Shown: positions 25,420 through 37,492, counted from the stretch's first letter. The stretch: 64,000 nucleotides of DNA from Octopus sinensis (GCF_006345805.1 NC_043003.1:12710001-12774000), one strand, 5' to 3'. Notes: generated by a model from the letters alone, not told the origin. Translations and numbers: made by a program.

Positions 25420-25961
25420 TTAGCCCTTTAGCACTTAAACCAGCCATAACAGACCAAAATATTTTACCTACTTTTATGTTCAAACTAGCTAGATCCAACC
25501 TATCACTCCTACCCTACAATGTCATTCTAAAAATAAGCAATCACCTCATTAAATGTCAAGGCTACAAGATAATGCAGGATTAATTCAAAGTGACGTGAAT
25601 AAATAAGAATTATATTCGACAGGTGGAGGCGCAATGGCCCAGTGGTTAGGGCAGCGGACTCGCGGTTGTAGGATCACGGTTTCGATTCCCAGGCCGGGCG
25701 TTGTGAGTGTTTGAGCGAAAACACCTAAAGCTCCACGAGGCTCCGGCAGGGGGGGTGGCGATCCTTGCTGTACTTTTTCGCCACAACTTTCATTCTTTCT
25801 TCTGTTGGCCTGCTCGCTTAGCCAGCGGGGTGGCGTTATTTGAAGGCTAAAACAATGCGAAGTGCATTGTGACCAGCGATGTATAGCAATATCTGATAGC
25901 CTGGTCGGTCACGGTGATCACGGTGATATTTGACAGAGTAACGTGAATGCTAAAGGGTTAA
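25420..25961. mobile_element. piggyBac-like MITE with nested SINE
   Basis: TTAG|CCCTTTAGCA ... TGCTAAAGGG|TTAA termini; second copy at 34967-35921. Confidence 0.8.
25623..25925 (+). mobile_element. tRNA-derived SINE family B (tail type 2)
   Basis: Same head as 12841; different 3' end finishing CACGGTGATCACGGTGAT; near-perfect TSD ATATTCGACAG/ATATTTGACAG. Confidence 0.88.
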
Positions 25962-27195
25962 AACTTGGAAGGTTTTGTATCTTTTTTTTTTACAAGCTTA
26001 TATTTAATATTTGCACAAATTTGTTTCAGGGGAAAAAAAGAATTTGTAACATTGATTTGATCCAAATAAATGTTAATTTCTTCGTGTAACACCAAAATAC
26101 AATTTCGCCAACGTATAACTAATGAAGTACTATTGTCTCATACATGGCCTCTAAAAATTGACATGTTGCTCATAATAAACTTTCAAACACTCAAAGTATA
26201 ACATTTTTAATCCCTTCTGGACTCATTATATGTCTCAAGCGTTTTCTTAACTTTGTCCTAAACGTCTTTGCTTGTTTTGGGGACTTTTAGACCTTGTTTT
26301 ATCATTATTTAACGTCCATTGTCCATGCTGGCATGGGCTGGGTGGCTTGACCAGGGCTGCACTAAACTTCATTTGGCATGGTTTCTACAGCCTGATGCTC
26401 TTCCTAACACAAACCACTCCTGAGAGTGCAATAGGTGCCTCTTACGTGACGCCGGCATCAGACACATTGCCTCTGTGAGGCCCAACGCTCGAATGATACT
26501 TTTTACGTGCCAGCTACGTAACATCAGCATCGGCCACATTGCTTCCGTGAGGCCCAACGCAATTCTGAATACTATAAAGCCTTCCTTTCCTAAGTCCAAA
26601 GTTACTCTGGTAGTTGAAAACGATCTGAGAATGCATATCACGTGATGCATGAACACCAGGGAAATAAGTCCTGTGTATCACGTGATATAGAAAGCAAGCA
26701 AAGGGTTAAAGAAGTATATGCTCGTCTTATATTACGGAAGCAGGGGGCGCTAAGCAGTGGTAAGTATAATTACAATGTTATTACCAATCGAAAAATGCTT
26801 CAGGCACGTTCGAACTGGGGAACAAGCCATTCACTTTCTCCATGACAAAACACAGTGAATGGTTTGTTCCCCCAGTTCGAACGTGCCTCAAGCATATTTG
26901 GACTGGTAACAACATTACTCTTCTTATATTTCGTAATAAAGGTGGCAAGTTCTGTTTTGGCATGGTTTCTACAGCTTCATGCCTCTCCAAACATCAACCA
27001 CTTTACAGAGTGTACTGGGTGCTTTTTATAAAAATTAAAAAAGAAAAAACTTTTTTTTTGTAATTTTTGTAAAACAAATATTGTATGCAAGTGAACGGTC
27101 TCTTTCCTCTTAAAATATTGACGCTGGGGAAATTTACCAAAAAAAAACAAAAAACAAAAAAAAACAATGAGAATAGAAATGAAGTGAAAAGTACT

Positions 27196-27201
27196 TTTAT
27201 T
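27196..27201 (-). terminator. Candidate polyadenylation signal for FKBP4
   Basis: AATAAA on minus about 270 nt after the stop, followed by a U/GU-rich tract. Confidence 0.55.
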
Positions 27202-27472
27202 TCAATCTAAATGTATGGATAGACAGAACAGATATAGGTTTCTGAGAATTTGACTGTCATAACAAATGAAGTGACTGTCAATGGAGGAAAAAAAAAAAAA
27301 AAAAAAAAAAAAAAAGGAAATGTTGAAAGCGCCAGATCTCAGAGACTGATCTGTAAGGAATACAGAATACATTTTGTAAGTCTTGAGACAAACTTACTAA
27401 ATACATTTTGTCAGTCAATCAGAAGGAAATGGAAAGAAAATTGAGACAAAATAATGAATAGTTTTTAAAGAA

Positions 27473-27595
27473 TTATTTTTCCGCTTCCATTTCTTCAGTG
27501 ATCATCCCTTCTGTTGGAGTAGGTAGTTCTTGCTCCTCTTCCTCATCGTCTTCCTCTTCGTCTTTGTTCCCATCCTTCTCTTCTTCGATTTCATT
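27473..27595 (-). CDS. FKBP4: FKBP4/5-like last exon (acidic C-terminal tail)
   Basis: Pyrimidine tract plus cag acceptor; phase 0 NEIEEEKDGNKDEEEDDEEEEQELPTPTEGMITEEMEAEK-TAA, in frame with exon 31009-31197. Confidence 0.8.
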   Translation of the reverse strand, partial: NEIEEEKDGNKDEEEDDEEEEQELPTPTEGMITEEMEAEK

Positions 27596-28367
27596 CTGAA
27601 AAAGAAAGAAATTTTAAAAGATAAGAAAATGAAAGAAATTCCAAACAGAGTAAACTAGCTATTGTGTGTCTTTAACTTGAAAGATTAGGAGAGATGCTCT
27701 CGAAAAGTTTCCAAATTGATTTTTAAAAATTACATTAATCAAATGTACAGCAAAAATTGTCATAGAGAACAAATACAACATTGTTTAGAATATCAAACAT
27801 TTACTCCCATACAAAAGGAATAAAAAAGCCATTCAAAATGATTCAAGGTTTGAAAATTAGGTTCAATGTTAAAGACAACTATAGCAAAACTACCAAGGCA
27901 AAAAAAGGGTTGAGGGCTAAGAAAAGCAGGTGCCCTTAAATATATTGAACATGCTCAATTGGCTGTTGCCAATATCACTAAAGACTGCCACAGACAAATA
28001 TCAATGACTCTAATGTTTGTACGAAAAAATGTAAAGCCTTAAGGCGTTTGGAAATGTCTCTTAGTAAAAGATGACAATGAGAATTTTGGATCAACATTAT
28101 TTAGATATATCCTCCAATTTTTCCCCACACAAAAGAAATTATTAGACCAAATGTAGTGAATAATTCAGAGAAGCAACAACTTCCACAAAATATATGTTTG
28201 GGGGCGAAAAAAAACAAACAAAAAAAAAAAACGTTAAGATTATGGGATTTATGGCCTTAGAGGTTTTTCAGTTTTGTAATAAGAGCTCATTAGAAAGGAT
28301 TGAAGCTAAATCTGGACATTAGTGATAGTGGAGAGCTGAGAGCTGGGAATGAAGAACAGTGAAGTAC

Positions 28368-28536
28368 CATTGTCATCAGAGTCCTCATGAGACTGACATG
28401 CAGTGCCAGTCTCAGGCATTTTTTCACCAAAAGCCTCCATCTCTTGTGGAATACTCATCATGCCCTTGGCCATGTCATTATTCCATTCCCCTACATTATC
28501 AAACACATTTCCCTCGTCGTCACAATTACTTTCAAG
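28368..28536 (-). CDS. FKBP4: FKBP4/5-like candidate alternative exon
   Basis: tttttgtag acceptor, in frame: LESNCDDEGNVFDNVGEWNNDMAKGMMSIPQEMEAFGEKMPE...; possible donor G|gtactt, or read-through to TAG at 28306. Confidence 0.65.
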
Positions 28537-28865
28537 CTACAAAAATGCAAAGATCAAGGTTAGTGTGTAAAATATTTTGTCTGATTTAAAAAAAAAAAAA
28601 AATTATTTTTTTTTTAAAAAGTAACTTTATCTAACAAATTGAATTATGATAAATGACTACATGAAACAATGATAATTTTAAGAAATATTAATTCCTGTCG
28701 TGTGAAAGGGAAGTCTTTATTACAAAAATAAACTGTAGCAAAGTTATTTACAAAACATTTTAGATCAACTTTTTTTTTCTTCTACTTTTGTATGGGAAGA
28801 ACATTTTAAATATCCTGTGCAAGTTCAGAAAGACAAAACATCTTTGATTCCACAATATTCAGGAA

Positions 28866-29166
28866 CGTGGCACATAAAAAGCACCATCCGAACATGGCCG
28901 TTGCCAGCGCCGCCTCAACTAGCTTCCATGCTGGTGGCACGTAAAAAGCACCAATCCGATCGTGGCCGTTGCCAGTCTCGCCTGGCATGTAAAAAGCACC
29001 CACTACACTCATGGAGTGGTTGGCGTTAGGAAGGGCATCCAGCTGTAGAAACACTGCCAGATCAGATTGGAGCCTGGTGCAGCCTTCTGGCTTCCCAGAT
29101 CCCCAGTCAAACCGTCCAACCCATGCTAGCATGGAGAACGTACATTAAACGATGATGATGATGATG
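28866..29166 (+). mobile_element. Retroposon family D with 2-3 internal repeat units and (GAT)n tail
   Basis: Reverse complement of 45631-46471 with fewer units; AGGAAGGGCATCCAGCTG core. Confidence 0.8.
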
Positions 29167-30589
29167 AATTAGTTTTTTTGAAGTTGGGTTATTCAAAAAC
29201 AGCTTCAGTAGATTTTGAACAAAACTGTTACAAAATGCAACTGTAACAGCTCTTGTTCTTTAGTAAATGCATATTTTGTTACTTTTAAAAGATGAAAGGT
29301 TGAATCAAATCTATGATCTGAACCATAGAATGGCAATGGTTTCCAAACTTGCTACCATTACTTCAATATAATCAGCCAGTTACATCTTTTTAAGACAAAC
29401 TATGGCATGCATGCTACTTTAGCAACATAAACCTATATTCAATTAGATTTTCAGTAATAGATATACATTAATATTTAGAGCTTTGCTTTTTTTTTTTCTT
29501 TTGTTTTTTTGTTTTTAGTTTTCATTAACAGCAAATGATGCTGAAAACAAATTTTTTTTTTAATCATAAAATTAAAATTAGAGGACTGTGCTTTAGCATG
29601 ATTTCTATGGCTGGATGCCCTTCTAAATACCAACCACTTTACAGAGAGTACCCCACACTAGTGAGGTTGCCAAATAGCTCATAAGACAAGACCCTTTGAA
29701 TTAAGTGGGATGCAGTATTGAGAGAGGTGGTTTGTGCCAGTTAGCAGAGTGCTATCTGAAATGCTAACAGCTCAACTTGAGGAATATAACCAAACCAATC
29801 TTGTCCAACAAAATAGAGTTGCTATAACAACTTCTCATTAAGAACATAGAACAGTTACTGTAGGACAATAAGGCACCAAACTGTAGTTGTGCCTTTACTG
29901 TTTTCGCTTTCAAGCAACAAAGCACATTTTTCAATACCAAGTTTCTCCTAGTCTTGAAAAATATTTTATAATTTGGTCAACATGAAATAAGAAACAAGGA
30001 TATCACCACAAATATACAAAAACTTTTATGATTCCAATACTGAATAATCTAGTTTTAAATTTAATCTTAATATTTACATTAAAAAAAAAAACCGTCCTAT
30101 TATTACACACTAATAAAAATGCAAATTAACTATTATCCTTAGCTTTATTAAATAACCATATCAAATTAAGAACTAACTAAGATGTCACTCTTTTAATAAT
30201 CACATTTTATTTCATCTTTAAATCAACTTATTGTTCTATAAAATGTGCGTCTTAAAGCAAAAATGCAATACATTTTTCTTCATTGGCATCGAGCAAAATT
30301 GCCTGAATTCTCTGCAGAAAGACACTAAGGAAGCAAATCATGTTTCTCCCTCAGCCATACGTTTGTATGTAATCTAATGTTATTGAAAATTAAATAACAA
30401 AATCTATAAATTATGAAATGATTTACAACATATTAAACATACTTATCAATAAAGTCTGACTGAATAACATCCTAAATGTCAAAACAGAACAGCTTTCATC
30501 ACCCAGAAATAGCCTAATTTACTAACAAAAAAATATGAAACAAGGAAGTCAACTCACCATTATATATATACACATATATAACACATACA

Positions 30590-30630
30590 TACACACACGT
30601 GTGCCTAAGTGAGTAAGAGACCGACAAGTG

Positions 30631-30678
<48 letters not shown>

Positions 30679-30903
30679 TGTGCCTAAGTGAGCGAGAGGC
30701 AGACAAGTATATATACATACACACATGTGCCTAAGTGAGCAAGAGACATACAAGTATATATATATACATATATATATATATCACCACCCCCTGCCGGAGC
30801 CTCGTGGAGCTTTTAAGGAGTTTTCACTCAATAAACACACAACGCCCAGTCTGGGAATTGAAACCGCGAGTCTGCTGCCCTAACCACTGGGCCATTGCGC
30901 CTC

Positions 30904-30941
<38 letters not shown>

Positions 30942-30990
30942 CAAACACACACACACGTGCTTAAGTGAGTGAGAGACAGACAAGTATAAA
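30590..30990. repeat. Four CACAC(A/G)TGTGCCTAAGTGAG...GACAAGT units spaced by (TA)n, with a family-B SINE head (30782-30906, minus) inserted
   Basis: Directly visible. Confidence 0.75.
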
Positions 30991-31008
30991 AAGTGTGACA
31001 ATACCAAC

Positions 31009-31197
31009 CTTGGCATTCTCCATGGTGTATTTCGAGAAGATGTTAGCATAGAGTTTCTTTTCCTTTTCTTTGTAGTCTTTCATTTTCTTTGTGCAAATGA
31101 TGATGTGATTCTTAGCAGCTTTATTGTCGGGTTCGAATTTTAGCAAGCAATTGAAATCATCCAAGGCTTCTTTGTAGTCATTCTCATTCATCTTTGC
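31009..31197 (-). CDS. FKBP4: FKBP4/5-like exon (TPR3 and helix 7)
   Basis: ttacag/gttggt; AKMNENDYKEALDDFNCLLKFEPDNKAAK...EKKLYANIFSKY. Confidence 0.92.
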
Positions 31198-32000
31198 CTG
31201 TAAAGCACACACACACACACAACCAGATCAGAAATTTACTTAACACTCGTCTCAATCTTAATGATTGAATGAGTTTTATAAAAAGAGAGTGACAACAGAA
31301 GAAAATTAATATTTTTAAAAAAGTTAGATAATTCTCCAACTTTCAATCATTCAAGCATGAAGATGCAAAACCTTGGTCAGTTATGCAAACTGGGATGAAA
31401 AAGGTAACAATGAAAAAAAAAGGGAGTGGGTTTGAATTCATAACTGAGATTCATACTAATTCAAACAATTCACATCTTTTCAGTCATTGGCCTGCAGCCA
31501 TGCTGAGGCACCATCTTTCAACCCAAGTACCTTTTTCTTTAAAACCTGGTACTTATTCTAACAGCCTCTTTTGTCAAAACACACCAACACTGGTTGTTAA
31601 GCAGTGATGTGTGGATACACACACAACAGGCTTCTTTCAGTTTCCATCTGCCAAATCCCCTCTCAAGGCTTTCGTTAGCCCACCCAAGGTGCCATGCAGT
31701 GGGACTGAACCTGGAACCATGTGGTTGGGAAGTAAGCTTCTGAGCAGACAAAACCACACCTGTTGAACATTAAATCATCACAAGTAATGAAACAATTCAA
31801 TAAGTGTCTCACCAGAAGTATCCATCTGTATTAATTGGACACAGAAGTCAAGAGACCCAAATTCCAATTGCAGGAATTAAAATTCAACTGAGACAAATTG
31901 TAACAGCTGGTTTCATGACTTTAGGTTAGTATCAAAGAGTTTTAATTTTAGTGTATTTAAAAATAACACTGTGAAAAATAGTGAAAGATAATTGTATTAC

Positions 32001-32237
32001 CTGCCCTCGGCGGAAGAATCCTTTGACATTTTGCTCATCAATTTCTAATGCCTTATCACAAGCCTGAATAGCACGATGGGAATCATTTGTTTTAAGATGA
32101 CACAAAGCAGTGTTGAGGTGAGCAGCAAGCAAGAGAGATTTCTTTTGTACTTCTTCATCATCTTCTAGACTGGATTCATTTTCCAAATATGATACAATCT
32201 TTTTGTATTGCCTCACAGCTATTTGATATTTTTCACT
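32001..32237 (-). CDS. FKBP4: FKBP4/5-like exon (TPR1-2)
   Basis: atctag/gtaata; KYQIAVRQYKKIVSYLE...LAAHLNTALCHLK...CDKALEIDEQNVKGFFRRGQ. Confidence 0.95.
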
Positions 32238-33577
32238 CTAGATAAAGAGAGAGACAAAGAACTATACAAAAAAAAAGCTCTATGCAAAATACAGTTCATT
32301 TATATATATAACAAAATAATGAAAAATACAAGGAAATCACCACATATTGTCAGGGCTACTTTCTGGAAGTACTTGCTGTGCCTGGATAAATAAGAGGCTT
32401 TACACCTTTTATGCCAGACACTTCAAAGCATGGCATCACTCTATATAAAGATCTTTCATATAAGTCTGGTTACATTGTGTAACAAATTTTTTTTTTTTGT
32501 CTTTGGTCAGTAGATGCTATTTCCTATTTGCTTCTATCTAGAAATGAAAGGAAATGACTACTATTTCCTGCAAACTTTGCATTTGTGTCATGGACATCAA
32601 GGTTTTGAAACAGCTATTTTCCACTACATTTCAAACAGATTCAGTGCTCAGTTGCTGAAGCAGAAATATCGCTGGAGCAAATATTCTGCTCAGTACCACA
32701 GGTTTCCTTATCAATTGCTTGACCATAACCACTTGAGCATTTCTCCCTCTCACTCTTAGTGGCTGACAATATATGCATCACTGATCATGAGCAGGAGTAG
32801 TTGGGGAGCATCATAATCACAGCCATGTGTTGAGAGGGATTAGCCATTTTTCCTGCTTTTTATTATCATCATCATTTAACGTCCATTTTCCGTGCTAGCA
32901 TGGGTTGGACAGTTTGACCGGGATCAGGGAAACCAGGAGGCTGCACCAGGCTCCAGTCTGATCTGGCAGTCTTTCTACCTACAGCTGGATGCCCTTCTTA
33001 ATGCCAACCACTCCGTGAGTGTAGTGGGTCCTTTTTACGTGCCACCGGCACAGGTGCCAGGGGAGGCTGGTAAGCAAATAAGTAATAATAGTTGTTATCC
33101 AAAGACAAAAATCATGTTACACAGTGTTATAGATTCCACAAAGAATTCCTTTATCAAAGAAACATTATGCAGATTACCTCTTCAAAAAGATTAGAATATA
33201 GTAAGAAACTTTAAAAAAATTACTTGGAAATTACAGAGAAAATACAAAATTTAGGACGTTTTATTACAAGTATTGAATATTTCTTACATGTGTTGGTAAA
33301 CTGGGTAATCATGCATGTGCAACACTCTAAAACTATATCAGATATTTAAACATGCTCATTAATTATATCATACACTAAATGGTCTTATGTTCTCACCCAA
33401 TAATACTGGATTCAGAATATTACAAATGCTTCATTAAGATCAGTGTAATGAAAGGAAATTTGGACTTAGAGCCACAAGTTAATACTGATATCATTTTAAA
33501 TTCAAGACAACATCATCACCAAGCATTGACAAAAATGATAACGTGAAGAACACAAAACAAACAGGAAAAGATATTAC

Positions 33578-33661
33578 CTTATAATATTGGGTACCCTTAT
33601 TTTTGGCTAATTCTGCTTGTTTTAATTTTTCTTTTGCGTCCATTCTCCAAATTTCTTTTGC
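33578..33661 (-). CDS. FKBP4: FKBP4/5-like exon
   Basis: tttcag/gtaata; AKEIWRMDAKEKLKQAELAKNKGTQYYK. Confidence 0.95.
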
Positions 33662-35031
33662 CTGAAAGAAAAATATTATTTCTAATATATTTAGAAGGTT
33701 ATTAAAATAAAAATATTTTAACATTCATTCAAGGCCCTTTTACAATCCCATTCACTTAGAATGAGCAGAGAGAGAGAGAGAGAGAGAGCAGGGGAAGGAA
33801 CATTTAAGACATTTAAGTTAAACAAAATGATAGTAGAAGCAATTTTTAAGAAAATAGCAGTTACACTTAAACCAATTAGAAATTGATTCATCGTTATTCT
33901 AATAACAGTTTCTGCATACTAACTGGTTCTATAATACAGCCAAGTGTCACTCATTTTGGTTCTACGCCGTTTCATCTATAGAGTCCAGTACCCAAAAGCT
34001 ACCCTCATCACATTCTCTCACACTGCATTTACTGACCATTCCAACCTAAGCTGATTTAAGCAACACTATTTTGCCTTTTTTTTAAAATAAATTTAAGAAA
34101 ATAAAATTCAATTTTATTACTAGTTTTAGTTATCGCAACCAAATCAGAATCACCCCACCCCCACCAGTACTTACTTAAGTCTTATATTTTATCAGTCTCT
34201 TTGCCAAACCTAAAATTTACAGGACTTAAAAGAGAACACCACAAACAACAGCTTTTAGACAGGTGCAAAGACACACACCTATACACCAAACATTGTGTAC
34301 TTTTGCAATTTCCAGCTACTATGTCCACTCACAAGCTATTGGTCACCACATGCAACTTGACTAAATGCTGCTGCAATTCTAAACTAGTTTTTTATGAATA
34401 AATTAAGACCATAATCAAATTATGTGTATATAATTACAATGTGGAATCTTTCTCGGTTGACCGAAATATCTCTAAAGTGACGAATAACGTGATGGTTTAA
34501 TGTAAGAGAAAACATTACACAGCATCCATCACTCAACCTGAATCAGAACCAATATCTAAAACCCAGTGCCCATTGGTCTCAGGTCAGCTGCTAAAACAGA
34601 TTCTTTTTCACATTCCTCAAGCTTTTTAAAAAAACAAGAACTCAGCATTGCAAGCTAACCTGATTGTAAATAAATAAACATGCGTTAAAGCTATTTACAA
34701 GTGGACTTAATCAATGATATTTAACTGATTTTGTGGTACAGATCATGAGATATAAACTGTTAACCCTTTGGCTAAGAAACACATTCTATCCCTTCTGTCA
34801 TGAAGTGCATTACAGAAGACATTTTTGTTACATGCAGTCAAAAGTCTGCAAGGTTTTCATTTTCCACATTTGCTTTACAAAAATAAAAACAAAATATGAA
34901 AATGGGAAAATGCAAAGGAATCAAAGTTCAAGGAAGGTCGTCTGTCAGTAAGTTACAAGTTCAAGTTTAGCCCTTTAGCATTTTAACTAACCTTATCCTA
35001 GCCCAAACATTCTGTTTTATGTTCAATCACA

Positions 35032-35528
35032 GAGTTCTATATTCAAGTGATGAGGAATTATGTACATTATTTACATTCGACAAATATCTGTCCTCAACTT
35101 TGTTGTTAACACATTTCGGCTGATATACCCACCAGCCTTCTTCAGGTGTCTTGGGGAAATTTCGAGCCTGGGTTCTCATTCCTAAGGTATTTTTCGATGT
35201 TATTATTATTGTTAAGGTCACTGCTTGGAATCGAACTTGGAATCTTGGGGTTAGTTGCCCATGCTCTTAACCACTATGCCGTATGCCTGTGGGGATATGG
35301 CATAGTGCTTAAGAGCATGGGCTACTAACCCCAAGATTCCGAGTTCAACTCCAAGCAGTGACCTGAACAATAACAATAATAACAACAACATCGAAAAGTA
35401 CCTTAGGAATGAGAACCCAGGTTCAAAATTTCCCCCAAGACACCTGAAGGCTGGAGAGTATATCAGCCAAAATGTGTTAACAACAAACAAGACGAGGACA
35501 AATATCCATCAAATGTAAATAAAGTAAA
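35032..35528. mobile_element. Palindromic (head-to-head) retroposon: tRNA-like head plus hammerhead-like Penelope-type tail
   Basis: ~230-bp inverted arms centred near 35289; A/B boxes; CTGAAGA-A-GGCTG...CAGCC-GAAA on minus at 35109-35150; candidate TSD CAATCACA at 35024 and 35529. Confidence 0.8.
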
Positions 35529-35608
35529 CAATCACATCATTGAAATCTCAAAGCTACAAGATAATGACTGATTAATTCAAAACAATGTGAATAGATAAAG
35601 CATTACAT

Positions 35609-35885
35609 GCTGAGAGAGACCGACATGCCAAAGTATAGACTCAGCACTTCCTCTGCATGTCATAAATGGCGACTAAAGGTGGTTGAGGTAGGATTTTGCA
35701 CTCGGGCCTTGTAAAAACCCTCAGCAGCAATAACGAGCCAAACAGACCCATGGGCTGGAGGGTTGCTGCCTGAGTGGTGCAAAGGTGTCATATGCCAAGA
35801 GTAAAGGAATCAAAAACAAATGGAAGGGGGGGGGGCAGCGATGCACTGCTACAGCACATGCTCCCATACTACTACTACTACTACT
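35609..35885 (+). mobile_element. Short non-coding retroposon with (CTA)n tail
   Basis: Interrupts the MITE at TACAT, which is repeated on both sides; ends in CTACTACTA. Confidence 0.6.
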
Positions 35886-36015
35886 ACATTTGGCAGAGTA
35901 ATCTGAATGCTAAAGGGTTAGAGCAACAACACACAAATTAAGTGATAATGAAGTTTTAAGAGAATAAAATGGATTTATACTGACAATCCATGCCAGCTCA
36001 GAAACCAGACATGAA

Positions 36016-36051
<36 letters not shown>

Positions 36052-36069
36052 GCATAGAGAGGTGTTTAC

Positions 36070-36317
36070 CTTTTCAAATGATTTCAATGTGACATCATAT
36101 TTAAGACGTGCATTAGGTGGAATATTGAATTTAGCATTACCCTCTTCACCATATGCGTATTTTGCATCAATTTCAATATTGGAATGTTCATTAAATTTGA
36201 AATGTTTCACAGCTATGTCTAAACCTTCAATAATATCTTCTGCATTGCCTTCTCCAATAACAAATGTCACATCACGGTCTTCAAATTGTTTATCTTCATA
36301 GTACCCAATATAATGAA
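36070..36317 (-). CDS. FKBP4: FKBP4/5-like exon (FK2 domain)
   Basis: ttccag/gtaaac; VHYIGYYEDKQFEDRDVTFVIGEG...KYAYGEEGNAKFNIPPNARLKYDVTLKSFEK. Confidence 0.95.
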
Positions 36318-37148
36318 CTGGAAAAAAAAAAAGAGAAGTTAATTATCAGAGATCAAACACTGGACAAGGCATTACATTTCAAATCACTTCAAGTAATAAA
36401 CAAACTGATTTTTTTCTTTTGTTCAACATATCTATATCCATTCATTTCAAGCTTCAATTTTGTTTTTTAGTGTAAGTGCAATGCATGTTTGTTTTATAAT
36501 ACACACAAACTTGTTTTTTATTGCAAAATACAAATCTGTTCCTAATAATAATAAAGACTAATTGGTTTCTTTAAGTTACTGTTGCAAATGGGTCATTTGA
36601 ACCAGAATTCCAATAGCCTTGATCCTTCTACATACCTTGTGCAGTAGACTGTATATATCATATGTATGTTATGTACAATTGTGAGCTACAAAGTAATCCC
36701 AGTGGAGCGACAAAAAAAAACCCCAGTAGACACTGTAAAGTGGTTGGCATCAGAAGGGTGTTGAGCTATAAAAATCATGCCAAAACTGAAACACTGGAGC
36801 AAGGCAGGCTGGACCCTGTTGAAATGCCTGACCCATGTCACCACAGAAAGTGGATGGGACATCACACACACACACACACACATACATACAGCATACAGAC
36901 AAGCATATATGAAATGCCAAACATCCATGTAGCAATTATAGAAGCAGCACTTCAATACATGAAGTGAAAGGTAAAGAGTCATAGCATGGTTTTCCAATCC
37001 CACAAGTGAACGAGGTCTAAAAATTTACAATAAAAAAATCATTTTGAGTACTTCTAAGTAAAACATTTAATTAGTGGAGCCAATAAGAATAAAATAAATA
37101 ATAAAATATGAACAAAATAACCAAATGTAACAAAGTTTTAAATCTTAC

Positions 37149-37244
37149 CATTTACAGTAGCACCATCATTTGGTGTGTCCGTGCCCTCTCCTTTTGAGAT
37201 CATTCTCCTTATAATGCTGTCATCTTTTTTAGGAGACAAATCCT
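37149..37244 (-). CDS. FKBP4: FKBP4/5-like exon (FK1-FK2 linker and FK2 start)
   Basis: ttacag/gtaaga; EDLSPKKDDSIIRRMISKGEGTDTPNDGATVN. Confidence 0.93.
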
Positions 37245-37338
37245 CTGTAAAAAAAAAAAAAAAAGAAAGAAATGGTTAAAATGAATTTACAAAATAGAAT
37301 GTAAGTTTTCAATTGAGTTAAGAACTGCCAATATTATA

Positions 37339-37492
37339 CAGTTCTATATTCAAGAGATGAGGAATTATGTACATTATTTACATTTGACGGATATCTGTCC
37401 TCATCTGATGAAGGCTGGAGGGTATATCAGCCGAAACGTTGTGTTAACAGCAAACAAGATGAGGACAAATATCTGTCAAATGTAAATAATGA
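37339..37492. mobile_element. Short fold-back copy of the 35-kb family with 12-bp TSD
   Basis: TSD GCCAATATTATA at 37327-37338 and 37493-37504; inverted tails; sequence shared with 35032-35528. Confidence 0.85.
37405..37445 (+). ncRNA. Minimal type-I hammerhead ribozyme-like motif
   Basis: CTGATGA (37405-11), extra A, stem II GGCTG/CAGCC, GAAA (37433-36), palindromic ACGT stem III, GUU triplet, then GTGTT. Confidence 0.6.

Larger units (their letters stand above)
34967..35921. mobile_element. piggyBac-like MITE hosting two nested retroposons
   Basis: CCCTTTAGCATT ... AATGCTAAAGGG termini; internal sequence shared with 25420-25961. Confidence 0.75.

Noticed and set aside
36017-36048. Poly-His tail on the FK2 ORF
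   Set aside because: (GAT)n lies past the splice donor at 36069, so it is intronic
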